From positions 192,001 through 256,000 of the forward strand of contig CAWDOD010000007.1 in assembly GCA_963803805.1 (NCBI GenBank): DNA of 64,000 bases, read 5' to 3'. The DNA comes from an uncultured cyanobacterium (GTDB lineage Bacteria; Cyanobacteriota; Cyanobacteriia; Cyanobacteriales; CAWCAG01). A program made the translations under genes and the position numbers. The notes under the pieces were generated by a model that did not search any database, had not been told where the DNA came from, and worked only from the letters and a program-made list of their open reading frames with translations. How positions within the stretch are numbered: the first letter of the stretch is position 1; every line of letters starts with the position of its first letter. This document shows, piece by piece, positions 18,333 to 29,103 of the stretch.

Positions 18333-19895
18333 ATGAATAACCCAAACTTGCCTCAAAACACACCAAAGTTTCGTGTTGTCCCCTCTAAAACGACCAAAAA
18401 ACCACAACCCCAAACTCCTCCTCCAGAACCTCAAGATAAACAAGTTGCAGAAGCAGTTAATTCTAATCAGGGTAGGAAAAAATTAGTTATTCTAGGGGGC
18501 ATCTGCTTGGGATTAGGAATTCTTGCTTTGATTCCCATACCTAATTATGTTACTGGCAAAGCGGAAATAACCTCCCGTGTTAATGCCCGACAACGCTTGA
18601 CAATGCCCGTTGATGGCATTGTGGAAATTAAGGTAGAAAGTAACGAAGAAGTGCAAAAAGGAGATGTTATTGCTACAATTGATAGTCCTGAATTAGATAA
18701 AGAAATTGCCCAAGCAAACCGTTCCCTCAAGGAAGCTAAAGGGGAACTAACGGCAGCTAAAAATCAATTAAGTTTGAGTAAAAGCCGCTTAAATCTCGCC
18801 CAGCAAGAAGAAGCGATCGCAACTTCTCAAGTAACTAGGGAACATCGACAGTATGGTGATGCCCCTAAGTTACGTCAATTTGATTATGAACAAGCCGGCA
18901 TACAGGAGGAGATTACAGGGGTACAGAGTGAGATAGTTGGTATTAACAGTCAAGTTGTTGCTACTAAAAATAAAATTGTCGGATTGCAAGGAGAAATTGC
19001 CGGTTTAACCCAACAGCTAAGTAATGTAGAAGAACGTATCCAAGCGAGAGAATATGTGTCAACTCAAGGAGGCTTAGCAAGATTAGATCAAGAAACGGCA
19101 GCTTTGAAGATACAAAGAACTGAGTTAAATAACGATATCAGCCAAAAACGCCACCAAATCATCAACCATGAACAAGAAATTGTCCAAATTCAAAGTCAAA
19201 TTAAACAACGGCAAAGTGTAATTGCTAGCAAGTCCAAAGATATTAATTCCCTATCTGAACGAAGCAAGGATGTTAATCACGAATTGGGAGATGATTTGAA
19301 TAGTTATGAAAATAGTTTAACTCTTAAAGCTGCTCAAAGAGACACTGCAACCAAAGATTTTGAGGCAACAGTAGCCCAGGTGAATAGTAAAACTCAGTTG
19401 GTAGAACAGTGGGAAGATGAGGTGGCAAGGTTAGAGGCACAAAAGAATAATTTGACCTTAATTGCCGAAACTCCAGGGACTGTAATTACCCAAGAGATAG
19501 ACTTAACCAGTAATAGTAGCCTCCAAGCAGGGGAAGATATTTTAGAAATAGCAGATTTGAAGCTTTTAGAGGCTAAGGTTGCAGTACGTCAAGAAGATCA
19601 TAACTTGGTTCAGGAAACCCAAACTGTTACCTTCCAACCCAAAGATGCTAAGAGTTCCCGTTACAAAGCTAAAGTGCAGGAGAAAGATTCTATCATCATC
19701 GTCGAAAATCCTGGAGAGAGTCCCAAGTTAGGAGTAAGAATCTTGATTGAGAATGATAATAAGTTACTGTTACCAGGGGGTGAAGGTTATGCCCATATTA
19801 AAACTGGCAAGATGCCTATTTATAAAAAAGTTAACCATGAGTTGAGTAAGTTAATTGATTTGGGTAAATATTTCCCTTGGTTAACTGGTGAATGA
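18333..19895 (+). CDS. HlyD/membrane-fusion periplasmic adaptor with a very long coiled coil
   Basis: Start taken as ATG 18333 (the track start at 18159 overlaps the M50 gene). Single TM, lipoyl halves MPVDGIVEIKVESNEEVQKGD and AETPGTV, ~250-aa heptad region, LLPGGEGYAHI. Confidence 0.88.
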   Translation: MNNPNLPQNTPKFRVVPSKTTKKPQPQTPPPEPQDKQVAEAVNSNQGRKKLVILGGICLGLGILALIPIPNYVTGKAEITSRVNARQRLTMPVDGIVEIKVESNEEVQKGDVIATIDSPELDKEIAQANRSLKEAKGELTAAKNQLSLSKSRLNLAQQEEAIATSQVTREHRQYGDAPKLRQFDYEQAGIQEEITGVQSEIVGINSQVVATKNKIVGLQGEIAGLTQQLSNVEERIQAREYVSTQGGLARLDQETAALKIQRTELNNDISQKRHQIINHEQEIVQIQSQIKQRQSVIASKSKDINSLSERSKDVNHELGDDLNSYENSLTLKAAQRDTATKDFEATVAQVNSKTQLVEQWEDEVARLEAQKNNLTLIAETPGTVITQEIDLTSNSSLQAGEDILEIADLKLLEAKVAVRQEDHNLVQETQTVTFQPKDAKSSRYKAKVQEKDSIIIVENPGESPKLGVRILIENDNKLLLPGGEGYAHIKTGKMPIYKKVNHELSKLIDLGKYFPWLTGE

Positions 19896-19914
19896 AGTTT
19901 TTCACTTTCCTTAA

Positions 19915-20253
19915 GCTGTTAATGATATTAAACGAGCTGTTCGAGAACGAGCAAAATATCTCTTTTACTTAGCTATTAACGAATTTCTTGAATTTGACAA
20001 CTATAAATTACGATCTGCTGGTAAAAAGTGGGAAGTTTACGAACTAGGTGCTTCTCAAATTGATTTGTCACATCCCTACGAAAATTCAGTTCAAATAACA
20101 CACATTTTTATTGACGAACAAAATAAAAAGAGTTCAAAAACATTTGAATCTTTCCCCCGGACAGGAAAAATTTCCAGAATGTTTGCGGAAAATTCTATCA
20201 GGGCTAACAAACATAATCTCTGGCCTGGCTACTTTGCGAAATACTATGAGTGA
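19915..20253 (+). pseudogene. Start-less open frame, probable gene remnant of unknown function
   Basis: Frame open from 19915 (after TAA) to 20253: AVNDIKRAVRERAKYLFYLAINEFLEFDNYKLRSAGKKWEVYELG...WPGYFAKYYE*; no ATG in the 5' half. Confidence 0.35.
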
Positions 20254-20449
20254 TTCTCATGTTATATCCTATAAACCATTAAACCATCAGAGCATCACGC
20301 AAGGTTAGCTTTTAATTCGGCTAAAACACTTTGTTACTTTCTATTTGAAACGAAAGAGTATCAAGTGCAGAAGAAAAACGTATCATCTAATAGCTAGAAG
20401 TTTATGGAAAAGCTTGGTAAAATGAATAATCACTCAAACAAAATTAGAA

Positions 20450-20914
20450 ATGGTTGCTCATTATTATTATTATTGCTGTTCCCTTCCCTTAGAATCTGGT
20501 AGTATTATAAAACCGGGAAATTGGGGAAGAATAATGAAAAAATATACTCCTCACACATCGCCAAACATTTTGACTTTGACAAGAGAGCTAATATTTGAAC
20601 AAGTAAGGTTTAAATATTTCTCAGGAAAGCCAAGCCGATTTGAGTCGATTTTTATCTGTCCTGATGAAGATACTATTATTAATTTTAGAAATACTTCTAA
20701 TAGAGTATTAGATATAATTTACAAAGTAGAATTGGTTGATAGTGACGAACCCCAGCACAGGGGAGACTATAATAGAGCGGCTGACATTAGATCAGATGAT
20801 AACTTTAAATCTATAGAAGAAAAAGCAAAAGATTACTGGCAGGGCAACGATATTTCAAATGTAGAACTAGTTACAACAAGTAGAATAAGAATAGTTGAAA
20901 TGACAAGAGAATAG
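20450..20914 (+). CDS. Hypothetical protein resembling the DUF2441 family
   Basis: RELIFEQVRFKYFSGKPSRFESIFIC...IYKVE...AKDYWQG...VELV pattern; AT-rich gene. Confidence 0.6.
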   Translation: MVAHYYYYCCSLPLESGSIIKPGNWGRIMKKYTPHTSPNILTLTRELIFEQVRFKYFSGKPSRFESIFICPDEDTIINFRNTSNRVLDIIYKVELVDSDEPQHRGDYNRAADIRSDDNFKSIEEKAKDYWQGNDISNVELVTTSRIRIVEMTRE

Positions 20915-21253
20915 TTGGCAATATGAGGAGCTATCAAAAAACGAATTGCTCAGCCTATTTTTTATTCATGCAGTAGTCGCTTTTTACTTTTAATGCAATT
21001 ACAACAAGACTATTAAAACAATCTCAAGATGCGAGTTTGTGGATAGTCATTAAATCTTTGGCGTTGGTCAATAAAGGTATGAAAACAAAAACTTAATGAT
21101 CTGAAGTATTTGCAATTCAACGGTTTGGTGATCGCCAGCAAATAACAATCATACTCAAAATTACCAACGCCAAATCTTTTAAGAGCTTCCTGAAAATGAT
21201 AATGTAAATCTTTCACCCTGAGCAGCAAACCAAAGACAAGCAAAAATATCTTC

Positions 21254-21385
21254 AGTCATCTTCAAGATGACTACCAACTCCTAGGATGTCCCTAAGAAAA
21301 AGTGCAACCCATTCATAAAAACTACCTCCTAGTCATCTGAAGATGACTTTTGCTATGAGGCGGCAAATTCATTTGTAGGCGGTAT
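21254..21385. repeat. Second copy (5'-truncated) of the AGTCATCT/AGATGACT palindromic element
   Basis: agtcatcttcaagatgact...ctcctagtcatctgaagatgact...aattcatttgtaggcggtat, colinear with 5429-5561. Confidence 0.65.
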
Positions 21386-21414
21386 TTTAATAATAGAATT
21401 CCAAAATAATTGTT

Positions 21415-21547
21415 TATAGCAGTTCTCAAATTCATGAGGTACATTTGGTCTATTTCCATATTTCTACCAACCACTAGCTACTAGTCACTAGCAAAAGCGC
21501 AAAAACCAGAATCTATGCTGTACCTCACAAGTCTTAGAATTGCCATA
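21415..21547. mobile_element. MITE-like element with ~29-bp imperfect terminal inverted repeats
   Basis: Left arm tatagcagttctcaaattcatgaggtaca (21415-21443); reverse complement of right arm tatggcaattctaagacttgtgaggtaca (21519-21547). Confidence 0.6.
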
Positions 21548-21562
21548 TACCTAATTAATATA

Positions 21563-23704
21563 TTATCCCTTCTCTTCCTTCTTTAAACGTCGCCACCAAG
21601 CCCTAACTAAACTAATTTCCTCATAACTATAAAAATCCCCGATCGCCTCGCGAATCGCTTTCAAAGAATCTGCTCCCACTTTTTCAATCCCTACCATAAT
21701 TACCTCTTGCTTCTCCTTCACCACCAAACGCTGCAAATCCACAGGCTGATTTAACTCAATTAACTCACATAAATGGTTAACAATTGTCCGGGGGGTAAAA
21801 CCTCTTTTTTTCGCTATTTCTTCCACCTCTAAACCCTGTTGAAATAAACCTAATGTATTCATTTGTGTATCAGTAGGCAGGGCTTCCGGGGGTTGCTGTT
21901 CCTGACAAAAGGCGCGAATCTCTGAGACAAAGCGATCGCCATATTGCTTTAGCTTGTAATCCCCCACACCAGAAATCTTGCCAAACTCCGGTAAGGATTG
22001 GGGTTGCTTTTGCGCCATTAATTTTAAAGTAGAATCCCCAAAAACCACATAGGGAGGAATACCTTGATGATCGGCAATTTGTTTCCTTAATCGACGCAAG
22101 CGCCCAAATAGCAACTCCGCTTCCATTGTGCTGGGATTAGCATCTGTAAGCTCCTTGGAGGCTGGTTTTTTGGTGATGGCAATGTTTACCTGGCGTTGAC
22201 TCCGCAACACCTCCCAACTACGCTTATTTAACTTGAGGATGCGATAACCGTCGGTGGTTTGGTTAACTAAGCCTTGATGGAGAAGCGATCGCGCTAACAT
22301 TTTCCAAGCATCAGCCGTCTTATCTTTACCAATACCGTAGGTAGAAAGGAGGTGATGTCCGTATTGCTGCACCTTTTGTTTTTTGGAACCCCGCAACACA
22401 TCAATAATGTGGTTTGTACCAAACTTTTCTCGACACCGGGCTACACAGGAAAGAAATTTTTGTGCTTCAGTCGTCCAATTTTCAATAGGTTTGGGGTTGC
22501 GACAGTTATCGCAGTTGCCACAATCGCCTTTGAACCTTTCTCCAAAATAACCTAAAACAATCGTGCGGCGACAGTCTGTACCTTCAGCATAATCAATAAT
22601 CTGACTTAGTTGTTGTCGCGACACCCTCTGTTCATTGGGGTCTGGTTTTTGAGCAATCAGATAATCTATTCTGGGAATATCTCCAGGGCTGTAGAAAAAG
22701 AGACAATCTGCTGGTTCACCATCCCTACCTGCCCTGCCGGATTCTTGATAATAACCCTCTAAATTTCTGGGTAGATCGTAGTGGATGACAAAGCGCACAT
22801 CTGGTTTGTCAATACCCATACCAAAGGCGATGGTTGCCACCATAATTCTCACATCGTCCCGAATAAAGCGGGTTTGGTTGCTTGCGCGAGCCTCAGATTG
22901 CATTCCTGCATGGTAGGGCAGGGCTTCAATACCATCACTTTGTAAACGGTTAGCTGTTTCTTCTACTTGACGACGACTGAGACAATAAATTATTCCTGAA
23001 CCTTGGCGACTTTGCACTGCTTTTAATAACTGCCCATAGCTATTGCGCTGTTTCGGTTGTACTTCATAATAAAGGTTAGGACGATCAAAACTAGCAAGAT
23101 GGATGCTAGGTTCTTTTAAGCCAAGTTGCTGGACAATATCTTCTTTTACTCGCTTTGTTGCTGTGGCGGTGAGGGCAATAACAGGAATTTTGGGGTAACG
23201 CTTTCTCAAAAGCCGAAGCTGGCGGTATTCTGGCCGAAAATCATGACCCCATTCGGAAACGCAATGAGCTTCATCAATGGCAAATGCAGAGATACCTAAT
23301 TGCATAGATACTAAATCCAAAAAAGGCAGAAACCTCTCCCCCAATAACCTTTCCGGGGCAACATAAAGTAACTTGATCTTCCCTGCCAAAATTTCCTGTT
23401 CTCGCTCTCGTATTTCCCTACTGCTTAAACTACTATTAAGGAAAGTTGCTCCAATGCCGTTGTCATACAAGGTATCTACTTGGTCTTGCATCAAAGCAAT
23501 TAGGGGAGAAACCACCACACTTAAACCAGGTTTCAACAAGGCTGGTAACTGGAAACAAAGAGACTTCCCCCCCCCTGTGGGCATAATCACCAGTAAATCT
23601 CGATCTTGCAGTGCTTCTAGGACAATTTGACGCTGCCCTGGACGAAAATTCTCGTAACCGAAGTAATGTTTGAGGTCTTGCTCCAGAGATTGCAACTGGT
23701 ACAT
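21563..23704 (-). CDS. recQ: ATP-dependent DNA helicase RecQ
   Basis: [41 protein letters not shown], Zn-binding [14 protein letters not shown] and C-terminal HTH. Confidence 0.97.
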   Translation of the reverse strand: MYQLQSLEQDLKHYFGYENFRPGQRQIVLEALQDRDLLVIMPTGGGKSLCFQLPALLKPGLSVVVSPLIALMQDQVDTLYDNGIGATFLNSSLSSREIREREQEILAGKIKLLYVAPERLLGERFLPFLDLVSMQLGISAFAIDEAHCVSEWGHDFRPEYRQLRLLRKRYPKIPVIALTATATKRVKEDIVQQLGLKEPSIHLASFDRPNLYYEVQPKQRNSYGQLLKAVQSRQGSGIIYCLSRRQVEETANRLQSDGIEALPYHAGMQSEARASNQTRFIRDDVRIMVATIAFGMGIDKPDVRFVIHYDLPRNLEGYYQESGRAGRDGEPADCLFFYSPGDIPRIDYLIAQKPDPNEQRVSRQQLSQIIDYAEGTDCRRTIVLGYFGERFKGDCGNCDNCRNPKPIENWTTEAQKFLSCVARCREKFGTNHIIDVLRGSKKQKVQQYGHHLLSTYGIGKDKTADAWKMLARSLLHQGLVNQTTDGYRILKLNKRSWEVLRSQRQVNIAITKKPASKELTDANPSTMEAELLFGRLRRLRKQIADHQGIPPYVVFGDSTLKLMAQKQPQSLPEFGKISGVGDYKLKQYGDRFVSEIRAFCQEQQPPEALPTDTQMNTLGLFQQGLEVEEIAKKRGFTPRTIVNHLCELIELNQPVDLQRLVVKEKQEVIMVGIEKVGADSLKAIREAIGDFYSYEEISLVRAWWRRLKKEEKG

Positions 23705-23774
23705 AGGAGATTTTTGCTCTGATGACTGGAGTTATTCTACCAAATTAAGACCTTGCTATTTAATTGTTATTATC

Positions 23775-23829
23775 TTGACCTCCTCCCACCGCCAAGCCCT
23801 CTATTCTTGGGGCTATGGTGGGGTTCACC
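23775..23829. repeat. Hairpin resembling an IS200/IS605-family end remnant
   Basis: ttgacctcctcccaccgccaagccc...gggctatggtggggttcac: TTGAC followed by a cccacc/ggtggg stem; no transposase nearby. Confidence 0.35.
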
Positions 23830-23911
23830 TGCACGAAGATAGATAAAATTTTCTTCTTCTTTTTAATTTCAAGTGTCATTTTTCCCTATCATTTTCAGTA
23901 CAGCTTGAGAA

Positions 23912-25585
23912 TCAAATCTGTGAAAAACTGTAGATAGTTTGGGTTTCCAAATTGCCAAATAATTGGGAAGGTTTACTGGTTAAAGAAAAATGCTGTCTGT
24001 CTAACTTAATTTGTAAACTTGTCATCGGATCACAACTGGGGGCGATTAAAAACTCTAAACGTTTAATACTAGGCCAAGTAACGAGATGATCAAGTATTTG
24101 GGCGATCGCCTCCAAGTAAGGATGATTTTTATCTTGATACCAATTACTATCAGCTAGTTGAGGTTGATCAAAACCGAGATGAACAGTTAAATTTGGTTGG
24201 CTAAACAGGGCTAAAGCTACGGGTCTAGCTTCTTCTTGCAATAAGAGGTTATGGCATTGAGCTAAATAACGTAATTTCTCTAAACGTTCATAGCCTGCTG
24301 TAATAGGTAACATTTCATCTTGCCAGTCAAGGGCTACGGTGACTAAATAAGTTTGTAATAGTAAATGTCCCAGCTTGCTAGCTTTGGTAGCTAAGTAGGT
24401 AGAATTATAATCAGTAGACTCGATCAATAAAGGAACCCTATCGACAACTTCCAAACCATAACCTTTCAACCCCGCTATCTTACGAGGATTATTGGTAATC
24501 AAACGAATTTGCTTAACCCCCAAATCATTAAGAATTTGCGCCCCCATACCATAGTCTCGTAAGTCAGCAGGAAAACCCAAACGTTCATTAGCTTCTACGG
24601 TATCTAAACCCAAATCTTGTAAGGAGTAGGCTTTCAATTTGTTGATTAAGCCAATGCCTCGCCCTTCTTGACGCAAGTAAACTACCACCCCCACCCCCGC
24701 AGCTTCAATCATTTTCAAAGCAGATTGTAGTTGCCCCCGACAATCACAACGCAGGGAACCTAAAGCATCTCCGGTTAGGCATTCTGAGTGCATTCGCACC
24801 ATAATGGGATAGTCTTTAAACTGCACTGGATTACCCTTGACAATAGCCACGTGTTCTGTATCATCCAGGGCATTATGATAGGCGTAAATTTGGAAATCAC
24901 CAAAGAGAGTAGGGAGTTTAGTAACGGTTTCCCGAAAGACAAAGCGATCATGTTTTAAGCGGTAGCTAATTAAATCCGCAATGCTAATTAGTTTTAAATG
25001 ATGTTTTTGGGCATATTCTTTTAACTCTGGCAACCTCGCCATAGACCCATTAGGATTCTGGATTTCGCAAATCACCCCCGCAGGATATAACCCAGCTAAC
25101 CTGGCTAAATCAACTCCAGCTTCTGTATGTCCTGCCCTTTTCAACACCCCACCTTTACGGGCGCGGAGGGGAAAGATATGGCCAGGACGGCGTAAATCTT
25201 CAGAACGAGTAGCCGGGTTAATAGCGATTTGAATAGTTTTGGCCCGATCTTCGGCGGAAATACCTGTAGTTACTCCTAAGTTAGGGGCCGCATCAATACT
25301 AACAGTAAAAGCAGTTTGATTACTATCAGTATTTTTATTCACCATCAAAGGTAAATCTAGTTCATCAAGGCGATCCCCTGTCATAGCCAAGCAAATTAAG
25401 CCCCTGGCTTCCACAGCCATAAAATTGATGTTATCAGGGGTAGCAAATTGGGCGGCACAAATTAAGTCCCCTTCGTTTTCCCGATTTTCATCATCTACTA
25501 CCACAACAGAAAGCCCAGCTTTGATATCTGCTAGGGCAGAGTCAATAGAGTCAAATTTAAAAGAGTTATTTTGAGGCGATTCCAC
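23912..25585 (-). CDS. ribBA: Bifunctional DHBP synthase / GTP cyclohydrolase II with cyanobacterial C-terminal extension
   Basis: DDENRENEGD, RAGHTEA, RMHSECLTGDALGSLRCDC, RQEGRGIGL. Confidence 0.97.
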   Translation of the reverse strand: MESPQNNSFKFDSIDSALADIKAGLSVVVVDDENRENEGDLICAAQFATPDNINFMAVEARGLICLAMTGDRLDELDLPLMVNKNTDSNQTAFTVSIDAAPNLGVTTGISAEDRAKTIQIAINPATRSEDLRRPGHIFPLRARKGGVLKRAGHTEAGVDLARLAGLYPAGVICEIQNPNGSMARLPELKEYAQKHHLKLISIADLISYRLKHDRFVFRETVTKLPTLFGDFQIYAYHNALDDTEHVAIVKGNPVQFKDYPIMVRMHSECLTGDALGSLRCDCRGQLQSALKMIEAAGVGVVVYLRQEGRGIGLINKLKAYSLQDLGLDTVEANERLGFPADLRDYGMGAQILNDLGVKQIRLITNNPRKIAGLKGYGLEVVDRVPLLIESTDYNSTYLATKASKLGHLLLQTYLVTVALDWQDEMLPITAGYERLEKLRYLAQCHNLLLQEEARPVALALFSQPNLTVHLGFDQPQLADSNWYQDKNHPYLEAIAQILDHLVTWPSIKRLEFLIAPSCDPMTSLQIKLDRQHFSLTSKPSQLFGNLETQTIYSFSQI

Positions 25586-25871
25586 TAGATAAAAATAAAA
25601 TAAGGGGAAGTAGGGGGGGAGTAGAAACAGAAAGTGAACGGTAATAGCATGGAGTCATGCAATAAGGTTCATTTATCATTTTATCTTCTCAAACCTAGGA
25701 TTATCTGAAACAAACTAATTAATTTCTCTCTTCCCTTCTCTGGTGCTTCCTACTCCCCACTCCCTACTTTTGAAAATTAAATACTCAAAAAGGCAGTTTT
25801 GGTACTAAAATGCAGCAGAGCAAGAGATTTAAGAGTAATAGCAGATCAAAGAGTACCTAGGGGTTAAGCTT

Positions 25872-26930
25872 ATGGTTGATTCAGAACGCCTGTCAGTAGG
25901 AATTGTCGGCGCTTCCGGTTATGGTGGCGTACAGCTTGTCCGACTCCTTAGCGATCATCCTCAAGTTGAGATTGTTTATTTAGGGGGAGATAGTAGCGCC
26001 GGCAAGTCTTTTGGTGATATTTATCCCCATTTAGAACATTGCTTTGATAAAACTATTGAAGCGGTTAACTTAGATGAAATAGCTTCCCGTTGTCAGGCAG
26101 TTTTCCTGGGTTTGCCTAATGGGCTAGCCTGCGATATCGCCCCGACGTTATTGGCCAAAGGTTGTCGCGTTTTGGATCTTTCAGCCGATTATCGCTTTGA
26201 TAACTTAGATACTTATAGTGCTTGGTATAAAAAAGAGCGCAGTGATTATGAAACGGCGGGTAAGGCGGTTTATGGCTTGCCGGAATTATACCGGGATAAG
26301 ATTCGTGGGGCGCAGTTAATTGGTTGTCCTGGTTGCTATCCTACCGCCAGTTTGCTTGCTCTTTCCCCTTTGTTGAAACAGGGTTTGATTTTGCCAGAAA
26401 CAGCTATTATTGACGCTAAATCCGGGACTTCTGGGGGAGGAAGACAGAAGAAAATCAACTTACTCTTAGCCGAGGCAGATAATTCTTTTGGGGCTTATGG
26501 AGTAGCCGGACACCGCCATACTCCTGAAATTGAAAGAATTTGTAGTGATTTAGCAGGGCATGAGGTTAGGGTACAATTTACTCCTCACCTGATTCCGATG
26601 GTACGAGGTATTCTTTCTACGGTATATGCCAATTTGCGAGATCCTGGATTAGTGCGAGATGACCTATTAACTATTTACAAGGCTTTTTATCGTAATTCTA
26701 ACTGTGTCAAGGTTTTACCTAATGGAGTTTATCCCCAAACTAAATGGGCTTATGGGACAAACCTTTGTTATATCGGTGTAGAAGTAGATCCTCGCACAGA
26801 TAGGGTGATTGTCATGTCAGCTATTGATAATTTAATCAAGGGTCAAGCAGGGCAGGCAGTGCAATGTCTGAATTTAATGATGGGTTGGGATGAGATGTTG
26901 GGGCTACCTAAGTTGGCTTTTTACCCTTGA
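25872..26930 (+). CDS. argC: N-acetyl-gamma-glutamyl-phosphate reductase
   Basis: [40 protein letters not shown]. Confidence 0.97.
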   Translation: MVDSERLSVGIVGASGYGGVQLVRLLSDHPQVEIVYLGGDSSAGKSFGDIYPHLEHCFDKTIEAVNLDEIASRCQAVFLGLPNGLACDIAPTLLAKGCRVLDLSADYRFDNLDTYSAWYKKERSDYETAGKAVYGLPELYRDKIRGAQLIGCPGCYPTASLLALSPLLKQGLILPETAIIDAKSGTSGGGRQKKINLLLAEADNSFGAYGVAGHRHTPEIERICSDLAGHEVRVQFTPHLIPMVRGILSTVYANLRDPGLVRDDLLTIYKAFYRNSNCVKVLPNGVYPQTKWAYGTNLCYIGVEVDPRTDRVIVMSAIDNLIKGQAGQAVQCLNLMMGWDEMLGLPKLAFYP

Positions 26931-26956
26931 TTTTGTTAATAGCTAGCTGCTAGCAA

Positions 26957-27831
26957 TTAGCGACTTTCCACCACCTGTAAACGTTGAGAAACAATAGTCA
27001 TACCGTCGCTGCGAATTAAGATGGCAGAAATCCAGCGACTACCTGTTTCTAAAGGGGCCCTACCTACTTTATAAATGCCTCCGCAGGTAGTAAATCTAAC
27101 TCAAACTGACTAGGATCAGTGTAGCGTTGTGGATTTACTCCTTCATCTAAAGCGATGCCTAAAAGGATGTCATCTCCTAAAGGTTCAGTGACAACAGCAT
27201 CAAAGAAAAATTGCCGCCCTGCCCTGACTGTTTGGGGTAAATTAATCTCAACTTGGGGAGGGTTATTTCCGGAGGTTAAAACAGTTTTCTCTTCTAAAAC
27301 ATCTTGACGGACAATTTGATTATTTTCCCAATATTGCCGCGATCGCAAAGTTGCTTCTAAGTTGGTGGTTTTTCCCTGAACAGCTTGAATACCGTTGATA
27401 TATGTAGTTGTTTCGACCACGATTTGATTGTTCTGCTGTTCCCAGGAATTAAGTTCTGTACGGTAACTTAGTTGGGGATAGCGTGTCCATAATTCATTGA
27501 TCCCCGCCATCAGATCAGCGCGATTTAAACCATCAGAATTGACAAAATTAGGGCTGTAAAACTGTTCTACTTGTTCAGCATTTTTAGTATTAGCCGACAT
27601 TTCCATTGTGGCAAGAAGTTCTTTAACTTCTTGAGGGGCGCTTTCTGGGCTATCGGCCCGGACAACCTCTGCTAAAGTTACGATTAAGCTTAAACTTAAG
27701 AGTAGAGAAAAAGACCAATTTAAGGGTGCAAAACGAAGTTTAGCTTTGCGTTGGCTTAATTTTTGTAGAGAATGGCTAGCAAAAGGTATTTGGGACATCA
27801 ATGATAGTTGGGATAATAGAACAATGGTCAT
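26957..27831 (-). CDS. Exported NTF2/SnoaL-like domain protein, with a one-base frameshift near 27081
   Basis: ORF 27064-27831 ends at LLPAEAFIK*. Restoring one G gives LLPAGGIYKVGRAPLETGSRWISAILIRSDGMTIVSQRLQVVESR* (stop 26957). NTF2-like FYSPNFVNSDG. The true start may be downstream. Confidence 0.7.
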
Positions 27832-27871
27832 TGGTCGTTTATGTAGAGTTGAATTTTAACAGATAAAGCTT

Positions 27872-28957
27872 GTGTCTAAAGCACCGATTCGATTATTAAT
27901 AGCTGCTAGTGGTACGGGTGGGCATTTATTCCCCGCCGTGGCTGTGGCAGAACAGTTGAGAGATTACAAAATTGAGTGGCTTGGAGTACCAGATCGTTTG
28001 GAAACAACTTTAGTTCCTAAACAATATCCTCTCCATACTATAGCTGTTACAGGTTTTCAAAAGGGGCTGAGTTTGAGTAGTTTGGGTATTTTCCAGAAAC
28101 TGGCTTTTTCAGTTTTGGAGGTACGACGTTTATTAAAAACACGCCAATTTGATGCTGTTTTTACTACCGGAGGTTATATTGCCGGACCAACAATTATGGC
28201 AGCCCGTTTAGCCGGTGTACCAGTTATTCTCCACGAATCCAATGCTATCCCTGGTAAAGTGACTCGTTTGTTTGGCCCTTTTTGCGATCGCGTGGCTTTG
28301 GGTTTTGCGGATGCTGCTTCTTTTTTAAGTCGTTCTCGCACAGTTTGGGTAAGCACCCCGGTTAGGGAAAATTTTCATACCCATCAAGAATTAGATTTAC
28401 CAATTCCTAAATCTATTCCTGTGATTGTGGTGGTGGGAGGTTCCCAAGGGGCCGTAGCCCTTAATCAAATGGTACGCCAATGCGCTCCTATTTGGTTCAA
28501 AACTGGGGCAATGGTAGTTCACCTCACCGGAAAACAAGACCCCGATGCCGATAGTTTACAGCATCCTCAATATCTTGCTTTACCTTTTTATGACAACATG
28601 GCAGCCCTGTTACAAAGGGCTGATTTAGCCATTAGTCGCGCTGGGGCAGGAACTTTAACGGAGTTAGCGGTGACTAAGACACCAGCTATTTTAGTTCCTT
28701 ATCCCTATGCAGCAGAAGACCACCAAGCTTATAATGCTAAGGTGTTTGCTAAAGCTGAGGCAGCTTATGTTTATGATCAAGCTACTTTAACCCCCCAGAA
28801 GTTGGCAGATCGGGTATTAAGCTTGCTAGAGTCCCCGGAAAAGTTAGAGGAGATGGGACGAAAAGCAGAAACTTTGGCTGTGAAAGATAGTGCGGAGAAG
28901 TTGGCTTATTTGTTGCGTTCTGTGGTTAAGGAGAAAAGGGAAAAGGTTAAGGGGTAA
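27872..28957 (+). CDS. murG: Lipid II N-acetylglucosaminyltransferase MurG
   Basis: SGTGGHLFPA, TGGYIAGP, HESNAIPG, GGSQGA, SRAGAGTLTE, DHQAYNA. Confidence 0.97.
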   Translation: MSKAPIRLLIAASGTGGHLFPAVAVAEQLRDYKIEWLGVPDRLETTLVPKQYPLHTIAVTGFQKGLSLSSLGIFQKLAFSVLEVRRLLKTRQFDAVFTTGGYIAGPTIMAARLAGVPVILHESNAIPGKVTRLFGPFCDRVALGFADAASFLSRSRTVWVSTPVRENFHTHQELDLPIPKSIPVIVVVGGSQGAVALNQMVRQCAPIWFKTGAMVVHLTGKQDPDADSLQHPQYLALPFYDNMAALLQRADLAISRAGAGTLTELAVTKTPAILVPYPYAAEDHQAYNAKVFAKAEAAYVYDQATLTPQKLADRVLSLLESPEKLEEMGRKAETLAVKDSAEKLAYLLRSVVKEKREKVKG

Positions 28958-28964
28958 AGGGCAA

Positions 28965-29047
28965 CTAGTAGTCTGTCAATTGGAAATTTAAGGATTAGGG
29001 GTCAGTAATCCTTGTAACCCCAAAATTATAGGCTGACACACTACTAG
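28965..29047. mobile_element. 83-bp MITE-like element
   Basis: Terminal inverted repeats ctagtagtctgtca / tgacacactactag (13 of 14 complementary) enclosing a short internal hairpin. Confidence 0.55.
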
Positions 29048-29103
29048 CAACTAGCGATTAACAAATGGAACAATTCCCTAGCTGCAAATATCTATGTTAA
29101 CAG

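Noticed and set aside
21013-21243. 76-aa minus-strand ORF
   Set aside because: TTG start, no recognisable motif, AT-rich intergenic context.
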